In this document: piece after piece, positions 1 through 13,200 of the stretch
Numbering within the stretch: position 1 is the stretch's first letter
Layout: each line of letters starts with the position of its first letter
Source of the DNA: Antedon mediterranea
Lineage: Eukaryota > Animalia > Echinodermata
DNA length: 64,000 nt
Assembly: GCF_964355755.1 (NCBI RefSeq)
Contig: NC_092672.1
Coordinates: 25,550,437 to 25,614,436, forward strand
Direction: 5' to 3'
Notes under the pieces: generated by a model
What the model was told of the DNA's origin: nothing
Seen by the model: the letters and a program-made list of their open reading frames with translations, nothing else
Database searches by the model: none
Program-made: the position numbers and the translations under genes

Positions 1-1340
1 CTGGGTTCTGTTTCCTTTAGTTCTTTCTTTTTTACCCAGTCAGCAGTAGTTGACTGGGTTCTGTTTCCTTTAGTTCTACTTTCTTTACCCAGTCAGCAGT
101 AGTTGATTGGGTTCTGTTTCTTTTAGTTCTACTTTCTTTACCCAGTCATCAGTAGTTGACTGGATTCTGTTTCCTTTAGTTCTACTTTCTTTACGCAGTC
201 ATCAGTAGTTGATTGGGTTCTGTTTCCTTTAGTTCTACTTTCTTTACCCAGTCAGCAGTAGTTGACTGGGTTCTGTTTCCTTTAGTTCTTTCTTTTTTTA
301 CCCAGTCATCAGTAGTTGACTGGGTTCTGTTTCCTTTAGTTCTACTTTCTTTACCCAGTCAGCAGTAGTTGACTGGATTCTGTTTCCTTTAGTTCTACTT
401 TCTTTACGCAGTCATCAGTAGTTGATTGGGTTCTGTTTCCTTTAGTTCTACTTTCTTTACCCAGTCAGCAGTAGTTGACTGGGTTCTGTTTCCTTTAGTT
501 CTTTCTTTTTTTACCCAGTCATCAGTAGTTGATTGGGTTCTGTTTCCTTTAGTTCTACTTTCTTTACCCAGTCAGCAGTAGTTGATTGGGTTCTGTTTCT
601 TTTAGTTCTACTTTCTTTACCCAGTCAGCAGTAGTTGATTGGGTTCTGTTTCCTTTAGTTCTACTTTCTTTACCCAGTCAGCAGTAGTTGACTGGGTTCT
701 GTTTCCTTTAGTTCTTTCTTTTTTTACCCAGTCATCAGTAGTTGACTGGGTTCTGTTTCCTTTAGTTCTACTTTCTTTACCCAGTCATCAGTAGTTGATT
801 GGGTTCTGTTTCCTTTAGTTCTACTTTCTTTACCCAGTCAGCAGTAGTTGATTGGGTTCTGTTTCTTTTAGTTCTACTTTCTTTACCCAGTCAGCAGTAG
901 TTGATTGGGTTCTGCTTCCTTTAGTTCTTTCTTTTTTTACCCAGTCATCAGTAGTTGACTGGATTCTGTTTCCTTTAGTTCTACTTTCTTTACCCAGTCA
1001 TCAGTAGTTGACTGGATTCTGTTTCCTTTGGTTCTACTTTCTTTACCCAGTCAGCAGTAGTTGATTGGGTTCTGTTTCCTTTAGTTCTTTCTTTTTTTAC
1101 CCAGTCATCAGTAGTTGACTGGATTCTGTTTCCTTTAGTTCTACTTTCTTTACCCAGTCATCAGTAGTTGACTGGATTCTCTTTCCTTTAGTTCTACTTT
1201 TTGTACCCAGTCAGCAGTAGTTGACTGGGTTCTGTTTCCTTTAGTTCTACTTTCTTTACCCAGTCAGCAGTAGTTGACTGGATTCTTTTTCCAGTTCTTA
1301 CTTTCTTTCTTTACCAAGTCATCAATAGTTGACTGGGTTC
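1..1340. repeat. 53-bp tandem repeat (minisatellite), about 25 copies, runs off the left edge
   Basis: Unit ctgggttctgtttcctttagttctactttctttacccagtcagcagtagttga recurs every 53-54 nt (1, 54, ...) and degenerates after about 1275. It lies in the intron upstream of the 1450 exon. Confidence 0.97.
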
Positions 1341-1449
1341 TAGTTTATGTTTGTATCGTTTTAATGTTTGTGAGGAATTATTCGCGTGTAAGTTCATATT
1401 ATTCTAGTCATATAATATTTTCATTGATTTATATTCATTTGAAATTAAG

Positions 1450-4400
1450 GGACGAAGCCCAGACAAAAATGATGGCACTACGTGACAGAAGTGACAAGGA
1501 ACAAGCACAATACAACTTAGAATTGAAGGAGTTACATCGAATCATTGATCACGACAGAAAGTTGAAGGAGTTTATGGCAATTAAGGCACAGGAAAGAATG
1601 GAAATAAAGGCGATTGAAGCGACAAAGTGCAAAAAGAAAGGTAAACTTAATTATTACTTTATTATTTTCTTTTCTTGTATGTGCTTAAATTATTTTTGGT
1701 TGGTGCGTATAAACGTCTCCAAATAGAATCCATACCAAGAAAATTGCCTCTGGTCGGAGTCTTTCACTCACCTGGTGAGTTTTCTCTATGAAAATCGTTA
1801 GAGACACCACGAAACTACATGGTTTTAATTGTACGCGTTCAAACTTTGATAAATGATAGTACGCGCGCGTCTACTTCCGCATAATAATTCAAAAGTTTAC
1901 AATAATGTTATTAGGCGTGCGTATAGAAGAGATACACTATTGACGCTCATACAATTTTTACTACGCGCCACGCAGTTATTAGGTCAAAAATGTCAGTCTG
2001 CGCACGCTCTGAGAAATGCATACGCAGAATGACTACTATTATAAACAACTAGTGTGGAGTCACCTGGCGCGTCGTGAAAACAGAACGTCATTAGCAGTTT
2101 TGATTGCGCACGATAAGCCGTGTCCGGGACAAAAAATACATAAAATGTTATTAATAAACTCAGAATTAAATATTCTTTACCTCAGATGAGGAAAAATCCA
2201 ACACTAAAATTCAGGAAGAAGAGATAAAATCTTTAGATGTAATTTTTGAAAGAATTAAAGAGTTCACTGGAGAAAAAAGCCTTGATGGCCTGGTTCGAAA
2301 ATTCATTGAAAACGAAGACAAGAATTTCGCATTGTTCAACTATGTGAACGAGTTGAACAACCAAGTAGAAATGCTACAAGACCAAATACAGAATATCGAA
2401 CTGGATATTGATGGCTTTAAAAAACAGGGAATGAAACTAGATAAGCATAGACATGCCATTATGAAAGATTTAGAGGTAAGATAAGACCACCAGAAGGTGT
2501 GGCATGATTCTGCTCCTTCGTGGCCTAATTGTCTAATCTAATAAGATTCTGTCGTCTTAAATCGTGAGACAAGGAATAAAGAGATCTTTCAACACTAGGT
2601 ATAGAGATCTTTCAACACTAGGTTTTAAGACCACATCAATATTTTGGCCTGAGTGAAAAAAATTCACGTAGGCTACTTGTTGAAGAGAATCTGTAAGGCT
2701 GTCTTTTTTGCTCTCTTCTAAAACGTAAGTCAGACAGAAGCAGTCCATTTTTATAGCCGCAGGCCTATAGGCCTATAGACTAAATACATCATATCTTACA
2801 GGCTAAGTGTACAGAAAAAACGAAAGCAGGCGATGGATTTGAAACAAAGTTGAAACACTTAAGCAAGAATTTGGGACAGCTGAAGGGAGCAATTCTAAGT
2901 TTGTTCCGTAAAGCGGAATGTGACGAATCGACCATTACTGAAATGTTAGGTTCGGTGGCTGAAATTGACGACAGCAATGTCATGCTGTATTTAGGCAGTA
3001 TTGAGCAGAAAGTTAGCGATCTTCTTCTGTCACAGAACTACTTACAACATAAGGTACGAAATCATTAGAAAACTGTGCGGCGGTGGATAACCGCTAGATC
3101 TGATACCGCGCTCACATTTAAAATTCTCAATGAGTATAGAAATTTTCATATATTTCTAATTTATAATATATATAAAAAAATAGAGAATGATTTAATTTAA
3201 TAGGATGTACGTTTACTATAATATATATAAAGAGATCGTGGTGTGTTTTTTTTCTATCACACATTCCTTGCGTTTCAACGAAACTTTCAGCTGATATTGT
3301 GTCTCTCCTGAAATTAAGTACACTGCAAAATTGAGAAAATGGTAAAAGATAATAATCGTTTTTTAGAATGATGGGCCGGCAGTTAATCAACCAATTCTTA
3401 ACTAATATTAGCAATCCCTGAACTGTTTCAGAACTCATGGATCTGCATCTGAACCAATTAATTTCATTTCAGGTTTATTGATATTTCATGCAGTACTTGC
3501 AGTAAATTGTTACATCAATTTTGAAACAAAGGAATTCTTTAAATACACATTTTTATTAAAATGACAAGTAAAAAGAGAAAAGATCATGAGAAAATCCAAT
3601 TAATTATATTTTTTTAGTCTACTGAGAAAAGTAAACAAGAAACGACGACAGCACAGGTTCAACAAACCAACAGCATTTGCAACAACACCAAGTTGATAAA
3701 ACATCCACAAACTGACGTCACAATAGTACCGCCCTCACTTGAGTATGTATCACTGCGCATTGCGCTTAACATATTTCGTGCTAAAATCTTTAAAGATTCT
3801 GTTGCGCTTTCTTTAGGCTTATTATGTTGTCTGTTTCTTTCTCCTAAACTTTTCACATTCCAGTTCTAGGCCTAACTGTTGTTTTCAATCTCTAAGTTTT
3901 CCTCTATTTGGAGAAGCTTGTGATGCCTTTATTTGTTATGACTTATTTTTGTACATCCTCCGACACATGATCACATGACCGAAAGCACCTAAACACTCTA
4001 AAAGTAATGTATTTGATTTGCAGAGTTAACAAAACTCATTAATCTAGTTTTCAGCAGTTTGCCGACCTTTATGAAATGGTGTTACATCTTTGGAAAACTT
4101 TGGAAAACTTTCTAACCAAACTTACAAAGTTTTCTATACTATAGTGACTTATGGATTAATACACTTTCGAATAATGGCATTTAACAGGACAATGTCCACT
4201 TCTGTAGGGAATAATTTCATCTTAAAATTTTGTTTAGCAATATTGCTAATAAAACTGATTTTTTAGTCGAGAAACATAGTTTCTATAGTAGGCCTATATT
4301 TTGCTACACAATTGTAGAAATGTGTAGCAAGAAGTTGTTGTTTTGTATAGCTTTTTGCTATGCTACACTGGCGAAATTATTCCCTGTTCTTGTGCCCTCG

Positions 4401-5990
4401 GCGATAAACCTTCGAAATATCGCAAAAAATCCTATTTCTGCATTAATATGTTAAACTTCTTATGAGTTCGGATCTCCTCTCATAATTCCAATATCACTTT
4501 TTACAGTGTAAATTCCTTTCATACTTCTAAAACAATCTAAACAATTTTGCTCTATGTTGATTTTAAATGATCCCATTTTTTTCGTTTTGACTCTAAACTC
4601 TAAAATTACCAACTGAAGCGTATATATTTCATTTTTTCGTTTCGGTCCATTTCTATTTTTAACCAGAAGTGTTGTTTGAACGCAAGATCAGTTCACTTGC
4701 CGATCTATTTGCCTTCTGCTTTCTAAATTGCACGAAACAATATATAAACAAAATATATATTTTTCTCCTTTCGCGGCATTTAAAATATCTTTAAATTTTC
4801 TCAAATATATATCTAATAATCTATCAATTTGTCCATCCATATCAATCAATCAATCAATCAATCGTTCGATTTATATAGCGCCATTCCAACATTCATTGCT
4901 CATGGCCGGCGCTGTAGAAAAAATCAGAAAAGGTGAGTTTTGAGTAGTGACTTAAAGTGACTCAATAACGATGTGTGTTTAATGTTCAAGGGTAGGTGGT
5001 TCCAGAGCCTAGGTCCAGCAACACTGAAAGTCCGATCCCCAACTATGTTTGCTCCTTGGAATGTCCAGTAGCACCTGATGACTAGATCTTAGTTCTCGCT
5101 TTCCCTTCTTGACTATCAACAATTCTGAGAGATATTTTGGAGCGCAACTATTTAGGCATCGGAACACCAGCAGCAGGATCTTAAATTTAACACGTGACTC
5201 CATGGGTAGCCAATTTAACTCCATTTACACTAGGACAATAACGATCAACAATAAATAGATAAGCATACACTTTTCTAACAGTAAAAAATTAAATATTAGA
5301 AAAGTGTTCAATTAAAATGACGTCATGATTAGTTAGAACAATAACACCTTGACTAAACAACACTATTGACGTTATTTGAATAAATGTTTCTAATTTATTT
5401 TGTTTCATGTAAGAAAACTTTCGGTTTATCGTCGGTCGTTATTGTCCTAGTATAATAAAAGAATAATTTTATCTTCATAACCAATTGCTCATTTTGATTT
5501 TGAATAGGCCATTTTGTGGTTTTAATCAAGTTAATCGTTTCCGCATTAAAATAAAAACAAAAACAAATAATGTTTTCACTTATAAAATGACAAAACAAAC
5601 AGTTAAATTCAACCAAAACCCATTGGCTGGCAGCCAATTTGACTATTTTTTGCTTTAAATCCAATTTTTTGTAGACGTGAATAACTATATTATGGAACAT
5701 CAAAATAGCACTAGGCCCTAATACAATTTAAATATTAGGCCTACATTTTATTTTCAATCAACTTTACTTCCTATATTAGTGATAATCCTATCGATAGTGA
5801 CGATGAAATGAGCTCATCGATTGACGGTACGGGAGGGGTTCAACCGCTGACAGAGGAAGAACTCAGACGGAGGACAGCAAAAATCGTAAAACGACGACAT
5901 GAAAGCATTCCAAAAAACGGAAAAGCCAACGAAAATGGAGCTCAGACTAATAAACAAAACACAGGATCGGGAGACAAAGTCAAGGCATAG
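1450..5990 (+). CDS. CCDC63: CCDC63/ODAD1(CCDC114)-family outer dynein arm docking complex coiled-coil protein, last 5 coding exons (5' part outside window)
   Basis: Exons 1450-1640, 2186-2475, 2802-3053, 3618-3742 and 5780-5990 (TAG). All introns are GT-AG and phases are compatible. Peptides RDEAQTKMMALRDRSDKEQAQYNLELKELHRIIDHDRKLKEFM, FIENEDKNFALFNYVNELNNQVEMLQDQI and NVMLYLGSIEQKV are family hallmarks. CCDC63 rather than ODAD1 is chosen on synteny only. Confidence 0.88.
4840..5225 (-). mobile_element. LINE (CR1/L2 group) 3'-end fragment with (ATTG)n tail
   Basis: Minus-strand LNWLPMESRVKFKILLLVFRCLNSCAPKYLSELL...RELRSS matches the C-terminal ORF2 motif of CR1/L2-group LINEs. It is frameshifted downstream, and a microsatellite tail lies at 4840-4863. 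Confidence 0.8.
5222..5455. mobile_element. MITE family A (PIF/Harbinger-like); other copies at about 22141-22350, 29900-30260 and 62343-62703
   Basis: Termini catttacactaggacaataacgat ... atcgtcggtcgttattgtcctagt. Similar termini and internal sequence recur at three other sites. Confidence 0.6.
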
Positions 5991-7226
5991 ATTTTAACAT
6001 TTAAACGTACTAAAGTAAAAAGCCTATTATTTAATTTAAATTAGACAATTTTTTAAGCTATTCAGATTACGAGTACAAAACAATTTATTAATTAAATGCA
6101 ATTGAATCATGTATTTGTTTGTAATACTTTTCTATAAAGATTGCTCTGGCATGGTAATGCCATAAACTGTTTTGCGCCCTCTATAATATATACTCTAGCA
6201 AAGAATATATATAACAAGAATGAGTATTCCGCGATTTTTGCATGAGAAATTTGTAACAGAGAGTTCCAGTGAGTGATGCCCGCCCTCATAAGGACGGATG
6301 TATACATACTAAATAAGACTTGATTTAATAGACATGATACGTGCCACATTAAATAGAATTATGATGATAGTTTTTGCAATTGTAAACTATTTTATAATAC
6401 ATATTTATTAACAAACTAGTGTACATTCAATTTTACAGACAATTATTTACTAACATGCTAAATTAGTTCACAAAAAAGGCCTAACACAGCAACACCAAAA
6501 TCAACAAATCGTTACTCAGCACGGCCTATTCTTTACCATTGCCGCGTACTACTCTACGCCCGGTAAATTAAGTATTGTTTTTATGATATAAATTAGTATA
6601 AAATACATGTTATTTATAGGATAAAATGTTAAATGTCATTAACATTTATTTGTTTTACCAGAAACAAGTTAAATATAGGAATATTATTAAACTATCCTTC
6701 GTGAAATCGCGTAAACACCAACACGCCCAGTCACGCTATCGTAGCGCCCGGTTGATAAAGCGAACTGTTTATACGGCAGTTTTTACTAAATAAATTGCAT
6801 AAAACGAACAATTAAATATCCAAATAGCATTTAACATGATGTTGGCATGTAGTTGATAACATTTTTTATCATGAAAATACTACCGGTGGTCTAGCCTTTG
6901 ATTATAGAAACCGTCACAAAAAGTTGTATACATCCCAGATACATCCACACTTATGGCGGCGCCCTACCACATGGACAATATTACTGTTACAGGGAAAATC
7001 GCGGATTACTCATTCTTGTTATATATATTCTTTGACTCTAGTGTGTTTTTATTTGCGGTGTGCGCAAGCGCACTTTGTGTTATGATTCGTCTGCAAAATG
7101 GACTTCGTTTGTAATGATCGTATGCACATTTCTTTTGGATTTTTATACAAAAATATACAGCTTTCAGGGGATTTTTAAAGTAAATTTTAATGATCTACAA
7201 TAAACAAGGTATACACAGTACGGGAA

Positions 7227-10200
7227 ATGCAGTCAGTTTTTGTGTACGGTCGACAAGCGGTCCGTGCAATCCTTGGAACTTTACCATACGATGCTAGCAA
7301 TAGCCTTGATTATCACCGTCGGCGAAAAACGCAGTTGATCACCGCCTCGTGTGGCTTCTCGAAGTCAGAGGACGTAGCCACCCCACAGGTGTTTAAAAAC
7401 GGAACATTTGGGGATGATGCATGGTTTGTTGCCAGTTACAAAGGGGTTGATGTTTTAGGTATGTTTCTGGTGATAATAACAAGCCGTTTGTTAATGTGAT
7501 TATTGACAAAATTGATTGTTTATTGATCATTATTTATTGGCACACATAGCCTATATAGAGTAGAGAGGGCGGCAAACTGACTTTGCTTAGCAGCTAGGCC
7601 TATTATTATTAGAGAACAGCCGTACAGCCAGTTTGCTGGTTGCCAAACATAACGAAGGCAATCTAACAACAGGACACTGGATTGGGGGGCTTAGGGGTGG
7701 TCCTGCGGGAGCTCTAGCCCCCTCCCCTCGCGTGTGGGTAGAGCCAAGCTCCCTGTCGGGGAATATAATATTAATAACAGTAAAAAGTGTTCGCGTTCAC
7801 TCGTCCTGAGGACTTTTCTGTGGATGATCAAATCATATTGATCGAAACGCTGAGAAACTCAACTGTTTCAGAACTAATATACGTTGTGTACCGCAAACTT
7901 TATATCAACATTTGATTTCGCCATGCAAACCTTAAAACAATATACTATGTAAATTATAAAAAAACAATGACAGTGTTTCATTTTTATTTTAAAATATTTA
8001 TATATACTTAAAGTATGTACTTTGCACAAAAGAGTTGGACAGTGTTTAGACCTTGGCAATATTATCCTACGATTAATTATTTTTAACAGGTTCCTGCAAA
8101 TCCCTCATCCTGTGTGATGACGTTATGAACATTTTTTGTACTATACCAGTAAATGTTTTGTTATCGGAACGTGTTATTTTACATTGTTAGTTTCTTTGGT
8201 TAATTAAAGAATATCAACTGTCAAGGTCATTAGAGTGTGTATAGTACTATAGAGTGTAGGCCTACCTGCTAAACATTAAAGCATGGACCTAATTTTCCAC
8301 ATTTTACAAATGTATAATAAACCTATAAAACATCACTGAAGTCCACTTTTGTGAGCGGTAACCGTAAAGTACAACGATCATAACAATACTGTAAAGCTCT
8401 GTCTACAGTACACTTACCAAACTAGTAAGACAAAAAATGTAATGTGCCTATAACTACGACTTTTAGTTGATAGAAGATTGAACAAACATTACTATTTATA
8501 TGCCTGTGTAAACATTATTGACATAATTTCATTCAACATCCACATACAGTACAACTCTTAACAATTTTTTCAATCTTCTATCAACTAAAAGTCGTAGTTA
8601 GTCATGTCTCGGGTCACATTCTATGGTCACCGTACAGATAGGCTACTACATCAGTACTTCTATGAATGGATGACTAGTTGGTGACAAGAACGCTAGTTGG
8701 TCATACCCAGTACCGTTTTGATTTTACGGTCATTCGGGAAACCAACTCATGACGTCTCTTTGCTTTTCTTCCTTATATCTTATTCTTATTAACTCAAAAT
8801 AATTTTTACTAACAAACATTACTATTTATTTGCCTAGCGTGTAAACATTACATAATTTCATTAAACATCCACATCCACCTCACGACGTTACAAATGCTAA
8901 CCTACTGTTACAGTGTAACTTTTCCTTTGTAAAATGGATTTGAAAGATGCCTCAAATTACGTAATTGACATTAATTTATGAGTAGTACTGTACAGATAAA
9001 AATGAATGCACCCTCCCTAAAATTGTAAACAATATTCTCCAGTCCAGTTACAGTTAAAGTAACATAAATACTCAAAAGAGTAGTAATTCTATCAAGGCTA
9101 ACAACGTTGCAAAGTTTACAGTTTGACCTTTTCATTTTATTTACTCCTGAATAAAGCCCACTGTTCTTTGGTTGATATATTGTATCTGACATTTTACAAA
9201 ATACAATACTCCCACATACTCTGTATACTGCAGTTTATACAGATCCAAGTCCAGACAGTTGGCAGAGTTTTGGACTGAGTTCTCAGTTAATTCTTTGTAG
9301 TAAGTCTATGCAAAACATGGGAATGTAATGTAATAAAATAATGGAGGATAGTGCAGTCTTTAAAATCAAAAACTTGTAGTTGTACAGTAAAAAGTACAAA
9401 TTAAATAATAATTCAAAACTACAGTACAGTAAACGCTCATTAAATGATACAGTCAAGAAATACATTTCTGACATAAAATGCCTTTCGACATAACAGTTTC
9501 AATTATTGTTCTTTCTTCATTAAATGAATTATGGTTTTTTTTTATTGATTCTATTTAATAATTTAAAAATAATGATTTACAAAAAACTCATTTTAATCTT
9601 AACGAATGGGATAAGCCCGGAAAAAAAATAATAATAAATAATTTTGCAGTTTTTGGTGGTTTATGCAAATTTTCCCAGTTGTTATAGTTACTTGTACAGG
9701 TTAGTAAATGCCTTAAATTAAATAATGTGAATACAATTTAACAAAGATAAGAAAATATTAAGAAATACATTTATCATGGGGCACAAAAAGTAGAGCTGTA
9801 TCGTCACATGACAATATTTGCCCAACCATTCCTGTGTATGATAGGTTGGGTTGGGTTAGGTTATACAGTAATTGTGTTAATTAACACATGTGATGCTGTA
9901 TTATGAAATTTTCCTATGATACTAGAAGAATGTAGTACAGCATTAATGGTTCAAGAATCATTCTGCCTGACTGAATATGACCAGTGAGTTCCTTGATATA
10001 CAGTAGCTAGCACATACTGTACCTGTAGCCTACAGCAGAATACAGTATTAAAGTCAGTACAGTACTGTAGGTCGTCAACTGTATGGATGAATAGTTTCAG
10101 TTAAAAGAAGTTTATTACCAGTACAGTACCCTGTTGGTCAACAATAGTAACACTTGACCTTCATTGTATTGTGTGTAGAAAGTATTTTAATTTTGATATA

Positions 10201-13200
10201 TTTGTACAATAATAATAAGAACGGTTTGTTTGACAGTTTTGGATTTGTACAGTGTACGGTCCAGTAATTACTTACATTTTGAAGAAATTATATTGGAAAG
10301 GGTGCATTGCTTTCAGATCAAAACCAACCATATCATGGACCTATGATACTACTGTAGGTCCATGCTCATACTAACATTTATGTGTTTGACATTTTTAAGA
10401 TCTGCCTACAGTAACTAATAAATTTACTTGTCAATTTGCATCATCAACAGGTGTAGCTGATGGTGTGGGAGGTTGGCGTGACTATGGCATTGATCCATCA
10501 AAGTTCCCATGTCAGTTGATGAAGACGTGTGAATCCATCATTAGACAGGGTTACTTCAATCCAGATTCTCCGGTTTCAATCCTTGCAAAGGGATACCGAG
10601 AATTAATGAATAGTAAATATCCGCTAATTGGTAAGTTTACCCTTTAATGTTACAATTACATCCTGTCATCCATGTCCTATCAACATACTGTAGAGGATAC
10701 AGTACAGTAGAGGTGATAAATTAAGAGGTGTTGTTTCTTGTTTCACACTCCCCCCCCCCCCCCCCCCCCGGTCTAATATTGTGCTACCAGTTTTCCACAT
10801 TGCTCCCAGATGACAAAGGTATCTGAATTTTGATGTACTGTATGAGTATTATTTTGCAATTAATATACAAAAAAGCTCAAATCAAAACACCCCACTCGCC
10901 TATCTTCGTTTTAATACTAAAATATTGGGCAGTGTTGGATGCGCACATCTTTTTATAAATATGATTCCACTTCTTGTTTTTTTTTTTCAAATGTTGACAT
11001 GTACTATAGTATACAAATAATGAATGTTTATGAGTGCAATGGTACAAATAATGGCACGAGGTGAATGATGAAAGGTTATATCAACGAGGCAAAGCCGAGT
11101 TGATATAACCTTTCATCATTCACCAAGTGCCATTATTTGTACCATTACACGAATACAAAACATTCATTATTTGTTTTATATAACATCTAAATAACAAACA
11201 AAAATGTTTCAAAAAGTACTATTTAACGATCGTTGAATAGTGCGTACTATTGCACGCCATGTGACCCACATTCGTCCAATCAAATGACAGGAATTTATAT
11301 AGGTGTTATATAATATATAGTATATGGCTTCCACAGTTTTAATCGTTTGTGATGTTACGCTCCAGTGCATCTACTGGCACAAACAACAATAAGAAGATAC
11401 AGTAGTATCAAAGCTTTAAAATGTTTTACTGTTTTAATAAACATAATAAATTATAATATTTTAAAAGCAATTAAAATAATTCTTAAGAGTTGATTTATTT
11501 ATGTCTTTTTTATAGAATTTCATAATGATTATCAAAAATTCTGTGAACTGTCCAGTACTATAATTTTGCGATATTTGTGTTGCATTCAGTTTTAAATTGT
11601 AATTTGTGTTTGTCATTTTAAGGTTCAAGTACAGCGTGTATTGTTATTATGGATAATGAGAACAAGATGATACACTCGTCCAATTTAGGAGATTCAGGGT
11701 TTATGATCGTAAGAGGGGGAAAAATCGTTAGCAGATCCGTCGATCAACAACATTACTTCAACACGCCTTACCAGTTGTCAATACCACCACCAGGACTTGG
11801 CTCTGTTCTTACAGACAGGTAATGACAATTTAAGAATGGAGTCTAGTATTGGGTCAAAGATTAAAAATACTATAGCATTTCCTGTTTTTTTATTGTAAAG
11901 TTTTCCATGAGATTATTAAGAGCAAATATAAATATTAATACAGTATGTATATGTTCTAGTGTGGTACCAGAAGCATGTCAATAGACCAATAATAGTTTGG
12001 ATAAAGAACATTTACGCCCGTATTCTTAAACCGGACTTTAGTCGTAGTTTGAGCTAAAACTTTTAAAATTACATTATTTTAATTCATAAAGCGAACTTCA
12101 ACTAAATTGGCGACTAAATCAGGCCAACTTCGACTAAATTGAGACGGATTTGATCGATGATCTAAATCACCGACTTAGAAATGGTATTTAAACAAGGTTT
12201 ACACTTACAGTATAAAAAATGCAACAGTCAGATATTGAAGAATTCTTTTAATTTATACATTGGTATGTTATAATAATGAAAATCATGTTTATTTACAACC
12301 GTATACAAATTACATTATTTTCTTCGTGCAAGGCCGTCTTGAACTACATACTGTACGTCACGCCATAGCGACAATGAGAGATGCGGAAATTCACCACGCG
12401 ATGGAATGGAGTACGTGGTTCGTCACGATCATGTTGTTAAAATCAAAAGTACAGTACTTTACTTTTAAAAACTGATCTTCCAATAATAAACGATTAACAT
12501 TATTTTTCATGATAGGCCTAGTCCTGATGCATAATAAGTTTTGTTGTAACAAAATGGAAAGTGATATTAATGCGCAAAATTTACTCTCTTTTCATTGGTC
12601 AGTTAATAGCCTTTGTTACCCAGATGTGTGAAACTCGACCAAAAGCTCAACTTCATTAAGTCGAACTGTAAACTTAGACTACTTCTTTTATAAATCAAAT
12701 TTGAAGTAATAGCTCAAACTGCTGTAGTACTTTTTGAAGTCGAAGTTCAAACTACGATTATAGTTCGGTTTAAGAATACGGGCTTAAACTTTTTATAAAC
12801 ATTTTCGGGTGGTCAAACAAACTTTTTTTCTCTTATTTAGTATGCCCATACAGTAATACTAATACCAAAATCCATTGAAAAACCTTCTAAGTTGAAATTT
12901 TTTTTAGGTGAAACTTTATTTATTGCAGAATTTATTTGTATTATTTGCATCAAATGGACAGGATGTTTTCTGAATTTATAATTAGTGAAATTTATTTTGG
13001 ATGTAGTTGGATTTTTTCTTCTATGATTTTGAGATTCGGAATAAATATGTAGATGAGAAAGCATTTAAGTACAATGTTGGTTAAAATTGTTTGTGATCCC
13101 GTCAAAATATAATCAGAATCCTGCTTAGATTTTGATCCCACTTTTTTTTTAGTGTCATTAGTTTGTCATGTTTTTGCTTTTTAATTGATATACTGTATCA

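Noticed and set aside
1-1340. CRISPR-like array (regular repeats with a palindromic core)
   Set aside because: The units are contiguous with no unique spacers, there are no cas genes, and the context is a eukaryotic intron. It is a minisatellite.
10750-10768. Poly-C run (also poly-G at about 35692-35711 and 48554-48568)
   Set aside because: Simple homopolymers of uncertain length that are prone to sequencing error; no supportable function.
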